Positions 20,425 to 32,052 of a stretch of DNA of 64,000 nt are shown piece after piece. Source of the DNA: Marsupella aquatica. Lineage: Eukaryota; Plantae; Marchantiophyta. The notes beneath the pieces were generated by a model. It saw only the letters and a program-made list of their open reading frames with translations, was not told the DNA's origin and searched no databases. The position numbers and the translations under genes were made by a program. Within the stretch, counting starts at the first letter, position 1. Every line of letters begins with the position of its first letter. The stretch spans positions 19,010,805 to 19,074,804 of the forward strand of contig OZ316894.1 of assembly GCA_973895155.1 (NCBI GenBank), in the 5' to 3' direction.

Positions 20425-20605
20425 AACAAGGACTTAACAGGACCCCTCTGGTATCTCCTGGACTTAACCAGACCCTTGTGAGTAAACTGCCATCAAGATC
20501 TGAGCACCCTTGTGAGTAAACTGCCATCAAGATCTGAGCAAAATAGGTAGGCACAGGGGTCCTGTTAAGTCTTTTTGTCACACAGGGTCCTGTTTAGTCT
20601 TTTCC
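20425..20605. mobile_element. Small MITE-like/foldback insertion
   Basis: Inverted repeats GACTTAACAGGACCCCT (20431-20447) and AGGGGTCCTGTTAAGTC (20555-20571), with an internal perfect 34-bp tandem duplication (20473-20540). Absent from the homologous position in the other arm of the inverted duplication (~26130-26170). Confidence 0.55.
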
Positions 20606-21788
20606 TGCCTTGAAACCGATTGGAACCTGTGACAACCTATTTCATGTACTCACAACCGGGTTCACAACTTCCTATCGATGAAAAGAAATCTTCGAGAAGC
20701 TGTTCTCACTTCAACGCACATCGGGTGTCCGGCTCCGGTACATTTTCATTACGTTACATGCCCGACAAAGCGACAGACAATTGAAGACACGAGTGGCTGG
20801 CTTTTCTTCTCAGTAGTGAGGGGTTAGTTTCTCTTGATTGACTTCGTCGACAGCACGGTCATTTGATATGATAGTACATCACGATCTCTCCCATCCTATG
20901 CTCGGACCGACGCGTCATTCTTGCGACTCTTCCCAATTGTGTGTGGGCTTCATGGCATAGACTTGTTTCTCCTCGTCGGCACATCTGCCCCGGGTTCCAA
21001 ATTAGGACCTTTTAGTGAACACATCATTGCAAGTTTTTGGCTAAACAATCTGTGAACAAGCTTGCTGCAGGTGTCCTGGATAAACAGTAGCGTATCGGCG
21101 TTCTTGTCTTGCTCTGCAGAAATGTCAATGTGTGCTGATCGGGTATACATTCAAAAGAGGAAGCCACCTTTAGGCCCGAATAACGTACTCGAAGCTTTGG
21201 GACTGAAACTACTGACAATTTTGTACGAGACGTATTGCATGTAATTTCTTGGCGCAGGAAACGGCTTTGGAGCAAGTGTTCCAGCTCGAATGGCCCCCTG
21301 TCTGTAATCTTCGATCAGCTAGATTTCACGGGTGACGAGGACTTCACGGAGTTGATGGTAGGTTCGATGTGTCGTATGGGTCAGGTCGCTTCCGAGTGTA
21401 AGTTGGTATGTCTGTCGTGGAACCGAGTCTATGGGTAGAAATGGGAAGGAACCTGAACAGTGATACTGGCAACATCGACAGAGCTCTGGCGAGGGTCGTC
21501 AGTATGAAACCAACTCTGCCGATAGTGTAGTACTTACTGTAATTCCTGATGATAGCCCGGATGATAGCTCCATACGTTCAATGGGAGGAGCCAGGTGGAG
21601 AGGGATGAAGATGATGACCCTTAGATCTTCGATGGTAGCATGATGGGGTGGAGGATGCAGGTTTTTTTAATTTCAAGCTCGGGGGACGATTGGTTCGATA
21701 GGGAAACAAAAGCTTAAATACCCGAAGACCAAACAGGACGTGATGAAAAGCTTGTCACCTCGAGGGTATGGTAACTGTTGGCAAAAGT

Positions 21789-22406
21789 TTAGAGCAATCC
21801 AGGTTCAGACCTCAGTGATAGTTGCTCAAGCTGTTCAATTCCTTGCTCAATTGCTGCAGGTTGAGGGGAAGAGCGATCACATTCAGCTCGTGCGTTCGGG
21901 TCCTGGCTATGGAGATTATGCAAATAGTCTTCACGGAAGGAAATGCCGTGAGAGTTACCGCAAGGCACTCTGCCGCAATGCCCTCGGTGTCCTCTGTTTC
22001 CTCTGTGTGGGCTCCCAGTAGAGCCGTCACCGGACCTGTTGTGCATCAAGTGATGAGGTGAGAGAGATCTGTGCATGCGGCGGTAGTGACGCCCGTGCTC
22101 ACGAACAGCGACGTCGTGCAATCCTCGAGAAACATGTCGTCCCCTAACACCATCGTCAGGGCCTCCATGGAGCTTACGCCCACCATGGGAAAGATCACCA
22201 TGGCCGTGTGTATGGGCGAGGCTGTAGGGACCCTTCACATGCTGATGGTGGTGGTGATGGAGACGACGCCGAGAGGGAGATGGTCGGTGGCCCCGAGGCC
22301 CTTGGTGGTGGCGATGAGGGTGCTGTCCAAACACATTACCCTGTGGAGATGCGTCCTGAGAGCTACCCTGAATTGCATGTGTCAACACTTCAACACAGGT
22401 CACCAT
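21789..22406 (-). CDS. His/Arg/Gly-rich protein of unknown function, copy A (205 aa, intronless)
   Basis: Open frame from the ATG at 22406 (MVTCVEV...), aligned with the start of copy B. Paralogous to 24280-24930 with frame-preserving indels and a conserved C-terminus QPAAIEQGIEQLxQLSLRSE. Has its own TATA-like box ~330 nt upstream. Confidence 0.7.
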   Translation of the reverse strand: MVTCVEVLTHAIQGSSQDASPQGNVFGQHPHRHHQGPRGHRPSPSRRRLHHHHHQHVKGPYSLAHTHGHGDLSHGGRKLHGGPDDGVRGRHVSRGLHDVAVREHGRHYRRMHRSLSPHHLMHNRSGDGSTGSPHRGNRGHRGHCGRVPCGNSHGISFREDYLHNLHSQDPNARAECDRSSPQPAAIEQGIEQLEQLSLRSEPGLL

Positions 22407-22728
22407 GCTGCAGACAGATCGCGAAACTAGATAGCAGAATGGCGGGCCCAAAGCTATCCTTCCCACCGGCAAGAATCCAACGCCCCAGAGAAAGTGAGGC
22501 CTCTGGGGGCGAAACCCAACACTTCACGAAAGCGACCGTTTCGCACGCACAGATTTGTGTGGAAGTCCCAGAAACGGATCACCAATTTGCTCGAAACCCT
22601 ACTGTGGATATGGATACAAGCCTCGGAAATCCCTCTCAGCTCCTTTCTCTTCCTCAGGCCTCAACAGAGCCTTCCACGTTCAAGCCTGCCAGATGTATGA
22701 CGAGAACGAATCAATCAACCTGTCGTCG

Positions 22729-22746
22729 CGATCTCATATAGGGTCC
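22729..22746 (-). promoter_or_regulatory. Putative TATA core promoter of His-rich copy A
   Basis: Minus strand GGACCCTATATGAGATCG, conserved in the copy B promoter. Confidence 0.55.
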
Positions 22747-23705
22747 GCGAGTTCTCGTCCCTTGCTGATCACACATTCGAACAAAGCTTCCTGATGAACA
22801 AGAGAATCTTATCCGGATGTTGATGTCCCGCCGAGCTGTTTGAGACAGTCAGCAACTTACTCAGCAAAAAAATTTCCACGAGCAATTCCCGACCACTAGA
22901 AAAACGTAATCCGCGGCAGCTGTCTTGCTGGATCGCCCGCCATATCTGATGCTTCAGAGTTCGACCGCATCTCTCGTTTCTTTCCCTGTAGCAGGCTAGC
23001 AACAGAGCAAACACCTGGCCACCGAGTCACCGACCTCCTCAATTTCAGTGGGAACGAAAAGTAGCTGACAAGTCTTTACAGTAGATTTATTTCTTGTACA
23101 ATTCTGCCCGCTCTTCTCTCACGAGTGAAGTGGGCAGGAAGGCAAGGCTACAAGGCACGTAGAGTCTTCGCGTAAAAGAATACTTTCCCAAGGGAATGTT
23201 CTGCCGCCGATTTCTCTAGCCAAAAGTTCATAAAACATCCACCCCCAAATTCGGCAAACTTCCCGTGAGGGACGTCGTACCAAGACGCTGCCACACGCAA
23301 GCCAATCATATCCCGTGACCCGGGGGATCGCGTCATCACTGCCTCATGATTAGTGAGCGCAAGTATGAAGAATTGGACTGCAAGTTTGTCAATCAAATCT
23401 CATAGATTCAAGGAGGCAAGGACTACAGTCCATGTCATTTTCTTTTGTGGCTTTGTGCCTACGGAGAGACTGTGTATGACGGTCGAAACTCGAAACTGTC
23501 CATTGCCATAAACGAAGGCCAGAATTAGATTACGTGAAATGCAAGACCTGTCCAATTGACTTGGATTGCAGATGATGTGATGCACAAGCCGCCTCCCCAT
23601 TCAGTAATTATGTTTTCGAGATCTTGCAAGGAACTTCCCCCCGTGAAGATGAAGTTGTTGCGAGCTCCCGTAGATTTCGGGTCCTCGACGCTCAGTCCGA
23701 GTATC

Positions 23706-23901
23706 TCGGGATTTATCGAACGGAATGGATGCGTTAGTAAGAAGTAAACTTTAATCGCGTTCATGCAGTTCTCGCGAATGTGTGGGCTGCAAGGCACGAG
23801 AAGCCCTCGGGATTTATCGAATGGATGCGTTAGTGAGAAGTGAACTTCAATCTTGGTCTTGCAGCTCTCGCGAATGTGTGGGCTGCAAGGCACGAGAAGC
23901 C
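23706..23901 (+). repeat. ~100-bp tandem duplication directly upstream of the copy B TATA box
   Basis: TCGGGATTTATCGAA...TCTCGCGAATGTGTGGGCTGCAAGGCACGAGAAGCC occurs twice. Confidence 0.85.
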
Positions 23902-23914
23902 TAACGCGTCGAGA

Positions 23915-23932
23915 GGACCCTATAAGAGATCG
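23915..23932 (+). promoter_or_regulatory. Putative TATA core promoter of His-rich copy B
   Basis: GGACCCTATAAGAGATCG, conserved with copy A, ~360 nt upstream of the ATG. Confidence 0.55.
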
Positions 23933-24279
23933 GGAAGACCGACTGAGCTCTTCATTCTAGTCATTTGCCAGACAGGCCGGACACTTGGACTCTGAAGACT
24001 GAAGAGGAGAAAAGGAGAAAAGGAGCAAGCCATACACATAGCCCATTGGCTGCAAGCAGCAATTTGGCATCAATTGCCGGGACTTTCCATAGATCTACGT
24101 GCGAAAAAGCGGCCTTGTCAACAGGGCGTATTGGTAACAGATCTGAGTGAATTACAAGAGCGAGAACTTAGTGGCGAATTGTGGATCATCAGCGTTACAA
24201 GTGGGATTCGGTTGTGTCGGAGGAACGGATAACTCAGGTCCGCACGTCTGCCAGCTTTGATTCGTAAACTGTCAGCAAC

Positions 24280-24930
24280 ATGGTGACTATTGTGCCTGTT
24301 TCCGTGGAAGGGGGTGTGCCTAGTGCAATGCAGGGTACTAGCTCTCAAACTGTGGTTCCGAGGGGTGATGTGTATGGACACAACCTTCATCGGCACCACC
24401 AGGGGCCTCGGGGCCACCGATCATCTCCCTCTCGATTCGGGCGTCGTCTCTGTCATCACCACCACCACCACCTGAAGGGTCCCCACAGCCTCGCCCATCA
24501 ACACGGCCACGTTCATCTTTCCCACGGTGGGCACCACGGAGGCCCTGACCATGGTCTCAGGGCACGACATGTTTCTCGAGGATTGCACGACGTTGCTGGA
24601 CGAGAGCGCGGGCCTCACTTCCGCCTACGCAGGCATAGATCTCTCTCACCTCACCACTTGATGCACAACAGGTCCAGCGACGGCTCTCCTGGGAGCCCAC
24701 ACAGAGGAAACAGAGGAAACAGAGGACACCGAGGGCATTGCAGCAGAGTTCCTTGCGATATTAATTTTCAAGGAATTTTCTTCCGTGAGCACCATTTGCA
24801 TAATCTCCATAGCCAGGACCCCAACTCAGGATCTGGATTCGATCGCTCATCCCATCAACCTGCAGCGATCGAACAAGGAATTGAACAGCTTGGGCAATTA
24901 TCACTCAGGTCTGAATCTGGAGCGTTCTAA
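24280..24930 (+). CDS. His/Arg/Gly-rich protein of unknown function, copy B (216 aa, intronless)
   Basis: Open frame with ~35 His (~16%), a His6 run and HxHxH stretches; paralog of 21789-22406. Confidence 0.72.
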   Translation: MVTIVPVSVEGGVPSAMQGTSSQTVVPRGDVYGHNLHRHHQGPRGHRSSPSRFGRRLCHHHHHHLKGPHSLAHQHGHVHLSHGGHHGGPDHGLRARHVSRGLHDVAGRERGPHFRLRRHRSLSPHHLMHNRSSDGSPGSPHRGNRGNRGHRGHCSRVPCDINFQGIFFREHHLHNLHSQDPNSGSGFDRSSHQPAAIEQGIEQLGQLSLRSESGAF

Positions 24931-27039
24931 GCTTTTGCCAACAGTTACCATACCCTCGAGGTGACAAGCTTTCCATAAATTCCTGGGGCTTTCTGGTATG
25001 GAACATTTTCTGTGGCCTGTTTCATCCTGTTAAACCTATCTTTCCCTCCGGAAATTTAAAAAATCTCCCAGACCTTCCACTTGGTCATTCCATGTCTGAG
25101 AACTTGATGGTCTCAGCCTGCATCTTCCACTCCACACTGTTGGTATCGAAGACCCAAAGATCATCACATTCGTCCCTCCCTCAATTCCTATTGAACGTAT
25201 GGAGCTGTATCCAGACACATTACAGTACCACACAATCAGTACAATTCGGCTTCCAGTTCCTTCACATTTCTTGTACACATCGCTCGGATCCACGACAGAC
25301 CTGCCTACTCACACTCGGAAGCGACTAAACCATAGATCTACATTACTTCTCCATCTACTCGGGAGCTCGCCGTGGATCACCTGTGAAACGCACCTGATCA
25401 AAATCTGCGGCCAGGAGGTATTAAAGCAGTTTCACACTAATCGAAGTCTACAATAAGTGGTCCACAAAGCTTCGGACCCGTCTCATGCGCAACAGATTTC
25501 AATCTCTTCATAAGTCCTATGCAATGATCACCAGTGGATCTACTCCCCGAGCTTCGACTAGAACTTTCGTGCGCAAGAGGTGTCTCACTTTCTCTCTTGG
25601 AGGTAGGGACACGAAAACGCCTACGATGCACTCCGTAAACACAAAAAAACCTATCAGCAAACATTTACATCTGGTTGGTGCAAAGCAAGGTAGGAAGTGT
25701 GATCTATCAAGGATACTAAAGCTACTGTAGTTTCTTCACAGATCGTTCAGCCACAAATCTGGAACCCAGGGCGGATTAATTTGCCGACGAGTCGTTATAA
25801 GTCATCAAGCCCAACTGGGAGGACGCGCTATAATGACGCGAGGTCCCAGGCTTGGTTGGACACATCGCCATATACTTTGTTACAGCAATCAAGACCATGC
25901 TATCGTTGTCGTGATCGAAAATCAATAAAGGAAAACTTAACCCCTCAGAAGCGAGGGGAAAAGCCATTCGTGCGTTCAATTGTCTGTCGCCTTTTTGGTC
26001 ATGTATCTTATTAATTAAAATGTAGGGAAGCTCGACAGCCGATCTGTGCTGAGAACAGCTTCCCAAACTAAGATGTCTTTCATCCTGGGTATGAAGCTGG
26101 GAAGTGTATAGACCACGTTGTCACAGGTTGTTCCACAGTTCTCCCAATGCATTTCAGTTGTTTCTCCCTCAGGCATTTGTGGCAAATTGATAAGTTCCAA
26201 TGATTTCACATGAATGAAAGAAATTGAGTATAAAGTCTTAAATTGACAATTCCAACGCAAAGAAATTTCAAAATGTATATTTGACTTAGTTATCATGCGT
26301 GCTGATCAATGGTCCAAGACACATCACTACCATTTCAAAGCTCAACTCATTACATACCATATGGCACCTAGTAGCATATAAATGTCAAGCCGCCGCGTTG
26401 TGAATTGTACTTTTTGTCACATGAGCATTCAACCACGGCCTCAGAGTCTTATTGAAGTCTTACATAGGAGACCGTGCGACATTGGAAAGCATTCAACCAG
26501 ACACAACTAAGGGGCATTGATGTGCAACGTTCCATTCAATTACTACTATATATTGAATACTGAACGGGCCAGTTGTTGAAACGTAACTTGGTTACTCGAA
26601 ACTCTTTCGACAGGTCTGTCTTAAATAGGGAATTCTGTTTCCTCATTACAATACAACGGACAGTGGATGTGCTTCATGCTTTCGTAGCGGACTCGATGAA
26701 ACCCAAAGACTTTCAAGCTAACAGGGGACAACTGCAAAATCTTGTATTTCTACAAAATAATGTGATCAATTGAGCGAATTTATGCTAAGATTTATGCAGT
26801 GGGGACTTGTGTGTATATCATTAAGAACACCTTAGTTTTTTGAAGTGACTGGATACCGTTGCCTATCTTGTCGTGATTATCTTGTCGTGATAAAACACAT
26901 ACAGGGTTCAAATATAAGACGAATATGGTGACATCTAGGCTAGAGTGGTGACGAGTTCTCAAGCTGTTCTGTACAATTAAAATTATTTGTTTTAGACCTC
27001 CAACTAATCGCTGACCATCAGCATCGAGGTGTCGGCGTA

Positions 27040-27510
27040 GGATCGCATTCTGTTCCAGACTTCCAGGCCAGCAAGGATACTTGTTTCAATTTGTGCTTTT
27101 GAAAAAGAGAAAATAGACACGACAGCTTTAGTGCACCCAGAAAACTCTCCTTATCATGACGAATGGTTGGCTGGCTACCTTCTGGTAATTACGACGGAGA
27201 TGGTTCAAGCGAGGCATGTCATGTATAGTGACCACAACATAACATTAAAAAGGAAACATCTAGGCTACAGGACGGCTGACTGCATGCGATCATACGCTGG
27301 TTCCGAAAGATCAAAACTGGGCGTGACTAGGTCTTACACATTACTGTGCTGCAGTTCGAGCTCTTACGGTGTTCATTCACTTTATAGTGGTCAAAAGCGG
27401 AAGCAATAGAACGAATTATAAAAATACTGCTAGTCATCTCTTACACGACATAGTGGACTACTTTCTAGCCCGCATAGATTCTAGCTGATAGCTTCTGCTG
27501 CACTGCATAT
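27040..27510 (+). pseudogene. Probable decayed 3' end (last exon plus 3' UTR) of a tandem MTPSL paralog
   Basis: Colinear seeds shared with 31900-32390: CAGGCC...AAGGAT, CCAGAAA(A)CTC, CGAGGCATG, ATAGTGGTCA...AAGCGGAAGCA...AGAACGAAT...CTAGTCATCTCTT...TTCTAGCTG...CTTCTGCTGCACTGCAT. The non-coding match is clear; the coding match is weak. Confidence 0.5.
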
Positions 27511-28934
27511 TGACGATATTTCTGGCCTTGCTTCTGCTGTGGAGAGCAACAAATAGGCGAATTGCCCCACTGAAGGTTTCAAAGGAGTTTTTTCCAACGT
27601 TCTTCCCATCCAAAATCAGGCTTGGTGAGGATTTGCGTCCTTTCTTTTGTTTCCAGTGTTCAAGAGCGATATGTTGGTGGCTTCATTTTCCAAAACATTC
27701 CAAAGTTCGTCAGCTAGGTGACTACTTTTCTCAGTCGCGTAATATGTCTTGTCCATATATTCAGAGTCAGCAAGTACATCGATCATTGCTTCAGCAGACA
27801 TTGATTCATTTTCTCTTGATAGGCTAGCTTGCGGTCGCAAACAATCACGAAGATTGAAGACTTGCAAGCCTAAATCTGCAAGAATTGAACACTTCGCCAG
27901 ACTGAGGCCACCTTCCATTTCATAAAGAAAATCAGATTCGCGGAAATGAATCGCCAGAATGTACAGCCACCTAATACTCTTTATTCTATTAAACTCGTTA
28001 TTCTATTAAATCCCCGTTTCCGCAGATTAAAATATCCAGTTTCCTTTTTAAACAAAAACGTCAAAGATCGAAGTAGTTGCAGACAAACACGTACTGTGCG
28101 TTCCACTACTCGATCAATTCGAAGGTAGTTGATCGAATTGAACGCACGGTGCCTACCTCTATAATAATTACGCAATTCCAGCACGAGTCTCCCGTGATCG
28201 CGAATCCTAATTTAGATGGGAACTCTTGCGTGCCCTTGGATTTCTTTTGTGTTTTTCTAAGGCAATGCGATCCTGATGCACAGGGATCCGATGGCAAGGG
28301 GAGGCAAGCGGCATGAGGCGAGGCGGCAAGATATAACTAAGAACAAATGAGAACAAAATCGATGTCTAAATTGTAAACCCAAGAACCTTAAACCGGGAGA
28401 TGCTGACACCACCCGCTCGTTCCCAACACACATGACAACCCATTGCATTGTTCAGGTCAGGTCAGGTCAGGTCACCGAATCCAGTGTCCCCACCCGAGAA
28501 AGACCACATCGTCGGTACATTAATTAAAAGCTCGGCCTACTGAAACAGGAAACGTTTGCATGCTCGTTTGCATGGCGGTTGATGGAGAACGAGAAGGTAA
28601 ACTGAAGGTATCAATTGATTATTGCTCCTCTATGAAGGTCTGGAGTTAGGACAATTCGAGACTAAAACAATTCCAAAAAGGTCACAAAAAGCTATTTCAA
28701 CTTCCGACATCTTCACATAAATAGCGCGACAAAGGGCATCGAAGTTGCACCGGTCGTTGCGATCCCCTATTTTCTGGCAGCCAGTGCCCCGATAACTTTA
28801 CCCGACTGCCATTCACGTTTTGGCAGTGCTGCGAAATAGGATACCCGCGCGACTGCCATATCCTTGTTGTTCCAAGTCGCCATTCACGTTTAGGCAGTGC
28901 TGCGAAATAGGATCTAGGCTGTTTCGGTTGCGAC

Positions 28935-31900
28935 ATGTCGACAGGGTCATCATTCCCTCTCTTTTTGATGTCGGGTTTTGGTCGCCAGGCATCGGCAGGT
29001 CGCCAGGCTCTGCCGATGCGCATCGGAAAGGGCCTTTTTGGCAGACATTGGTGCAAGGGCGTAGTTGGATTCGGGCTGGGGAAAGATGCAGGTCGTCCGC
29101 ACCCTGCCAAACAACTTGCTATGCTGACGTCCGACCCGAAAACCTGTGCGGATGCGCTAATAACAGATGAACAGCTTATGCAAACGTATAGACCTCCAGC
29201 TTTCTCGCCTCCGTATCCTAGCAACGTGCATACCAAGCACTCGAGCGCGCTGAATGAGAAGACCGAAAAATGGATGCAAGACTTGAAGGTCGACACCATT
29301 TTCAGCCCGAAAATATACCGGGTGCTCGTGAGCATGGACATCCCTTCGTTTGGGGCCCGTGTTTATCCGGATGCCCCTACCGAGTGGGGACTGGAATGGG
29401 CGTGCAAGTTCTTCACAATGCAGTGGATTTGGGATGACACCATGGACGCCACTGCCATAGGGCAATCCCCGGAGAAGGCTCTCTCCCCTGTGCTGGACGC
29501 GCTTCTCCTGATCATGTGGTCTTTCCCTGATGATCCAGTCTTGCGCACAGACTTGGAACGTTTCACAGATCACTTGGATGCCCACGCGCGCGAGGAGAAA
29601 CTAAGATACGTTGAGTCAGTGTTGGCGGACGCCAGAACTCAACCAGGCACAGGTAAATTCATCATAGCCAGAGGGAGCGAGAAAATTAATGTGCTAGCCA
29701 ACGAGATCTTCTTTGTTCGTCAGTTTTTGTTTGTATATTTATTAATTTTTACACTTCATGCAGTGTAATGATTTATTGAAGTAAGACATCCAGCATATTC
29801 TGCAGCTAGGATTTTCCTGAATTACTCTATATCACATAGAAAAGTTTTCCCACAAATTGGCTAGGATCCTCTTTTGATCTGTACAGCAGCCTACCATTTC
29901 GGGCGAAAGTCTTAAGTCCATCTCGTCAATACTCTGAGGTATTACTTCCTGAAAGACTACCCGAGATGTCTACTTATTAGTCTAGGATCATCCTGAATCC
30001 TGCGGCAAGTCAAAATAGGACTTCCACCAGATTTCGCCTGACAACAATTTGCAATCTGCAACCCTCGCAGATTCTGGCTCTGTGCATTCGTGCCCTCAGA
30101 ATTAATGTAGACAACAAGATCTCATCGCAATTGCATGATCAGTGGAATCTACTACCGCAGTAGCTTGCGCATTGAAACTTTTCGCGCGTTTTCATTAGTT
30201 TTTCATCCTTTGCGTAAGAAATAAATACGCTCGCTTGGAACAACTGGCTCCGGATCTAGCTGCCAATGTCAGTCTACATTATGTCGCAGTAGTCGCATAG
30301 TAACTGAAAGCTACTTAGTTCTGTAAACATTTTGATGCTGTCCTTTCCAATGTATTTTTTTCTAATTATTGTTCATTTTATCATTAATTCGAGCCGTTAC
30401 TGTTTGTAACAGCTTGAGATTTTTTGAAGTGAAGAATGCTGAGAGATCGAGAGTGGAAGCCTAATCAAGTTGTTCCTAACTCGTATGCAGTATATCCCAA
30501 GCCAACGTCAGGCGTACTATATGAAGTATACCTGGATTTCTGGAAGGACATAACTGCGACCTGTTCACCTGAATTCTGCCTAAGATTCGCTCATTCGCTG
30601 CAACAGTCGTTCCGGGCTTGTCTCCAAGAGTCTGACAACCGAAAGTCGACAAGAGTTACATCCATTGACAACTACATCCAGATGCGCAGAGGATCATCAG
30701 CTGTACTGTCCAACATGGTAAGGAAATCAGACAAATATGCAACAAGTCTGTGAATACAGTAGACTAGACATCAACTCTTGTCTACCGCTCAAGAAAATCT
30801 CTCTTGTACTATTGTCAATCACCGTCTAACAACAGATCGAGTCAAGCTGATCCTTCCTGACTGCAGAATCTCAAGACACATTTGGCGAGAACCCTTTGCT
30901 GTTCTATCTCATCTCCACGAAAGACTACCAAATTGTTTAGACTTTCTAATTATTTCATTTTCGCAGGTGGTGATTGACTTCATCTATGGTCTTAACACAC
31001 CCGACACTTGGTTTTACACTCCTGAGATGCAAGACCTTCTCGACGCAGTCATCGATATCGTAGCTTGGATAAATGATATTTGGTCCTTCAAAAGGGTAAC
31101 TACATGCCTGCGCCACTCACAAGTTCCTGACCTGTAGAAGTCGTTTCGTTGGAATATCTAGAGTTAAGCTAGCGACTCGCACGTCATCAGGGTTCACTGT
31201 TGTCAGTGACCTTATTTCTATTTGCTCAAAATGTAGAGAGATTCCGTTAGACTGTGCCAAGGAACTTTCAAATTTAGAAATACCATTGTATACTGAAATA
31301 TCAGTTCAAAGGCACAATATATGTATCTGGAATCAAAAGTACCCGTCATTGTTATTAACAACTTTGTAACGACGTCTTGAACACAAATCTTTATTAGTAT
31401 ATCTGACTTGGTTTAATACGTACGAACTTGATGTTTTAAGTTATAACCTCTTAAGTTGTCCAATATTTATGATCTGATGCAATCCAGATTACGATTTCAG
31501 TGTGCTGTAGTCAATTCTCTCTTTGGAATGGAGTGGACTGATAACATTTAGCCAGGGTCTCTTTCAACATTGAACACAAAATTGTTCTGTAGGAACGAAG
31601 TTTCCGTATTCAATTCAGAATCGTGTTCCCGTTCACTGGAGGTCTACTTCCCACGCTGGTATCTGACTGAAGGTCGATCACTGGTGGGCTTCCTAGACTT
31701 GCTGGGTATGGTATCTGAAGGAATATGGTTCACTGGAGTGGTTACTAGACTAGATCGGTGTCTAACTGATTGTCAATCTGGCTGTAACAAGCAGGAAGTG
31801 TTGGTCCAAAAAGACGTCCACAACATGGTCTTCCTGATCAGCTTCCACCGCAAGGTACCATACACGGTAGCCGCAGACATAGTCACTCAGATGGTCTATG

Positions 31901-32052
31901 ACCGGATTGCGGATTTCGAGCAGGCCGTGAAGGATTTAGAATCGGTCACACCTCTAGAGTATCGACAAAGTTTTGAGCAATACGTGCAGACGTCCAGAAA
32001 CTCCATATCAGCGGTTCATGATTGGAGCGCATACTCGATGCGCTATAAGTAG
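28935..32052 (+). CDS. MTPSL: Microbial-type terpene synthase-like protein (class I, single alpha domain), 4 exons
   Basis: Inferred exons: 28935-29652, 30491-30717, 30967-31095, 31795-32052. Motifs: aspartate-rich WIWDDTMD, YIQMRR...S, NSE/DTE motif NDIWSFKRE across the exon 3/4 junction, and C-terminal W...SMRY. Start codon is uncertain (28935 or a downstream ATG such as 29121). Confidence 0.92.

Larger units (their letters stand above)
20300..26280. repeat. Large diverged inverted duplication (left arm ~20300-22790, right arm ~23880-26280, ~1.1-kb spacer)
   Basis: Colinear reverse-complement matches span promoter (GGACCCTATAWGAGATCG), CDS, the stretch after the stop codon (TTTTGCCAACAGTTACCATACCCTCGAGGTGACAAGCTTT) and distal 3' sequence (CCACGACAGAC...ACACTCGGAAGCGAC, GAAGCTGTTCTCA, AACCTGTGACAAC, GCCACAAATGCC). 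Outer limits are approximate. Confidence 0.85.

Noticed and set aside
21740-22741. Plus-strand ORFs (e.g. 22071..22430, 22208..22741) overlapping His-rich copy A
   Set aside because: These are antisense shadows of a GC-rich coding strand and are not preserved as equivalent ORFs in the other arm.
28697-29585. 214-aa and 142-aa minus-strand ORFs
   Set aside because: Antisense to MTPSL exon 1 with no recognisable motifs.
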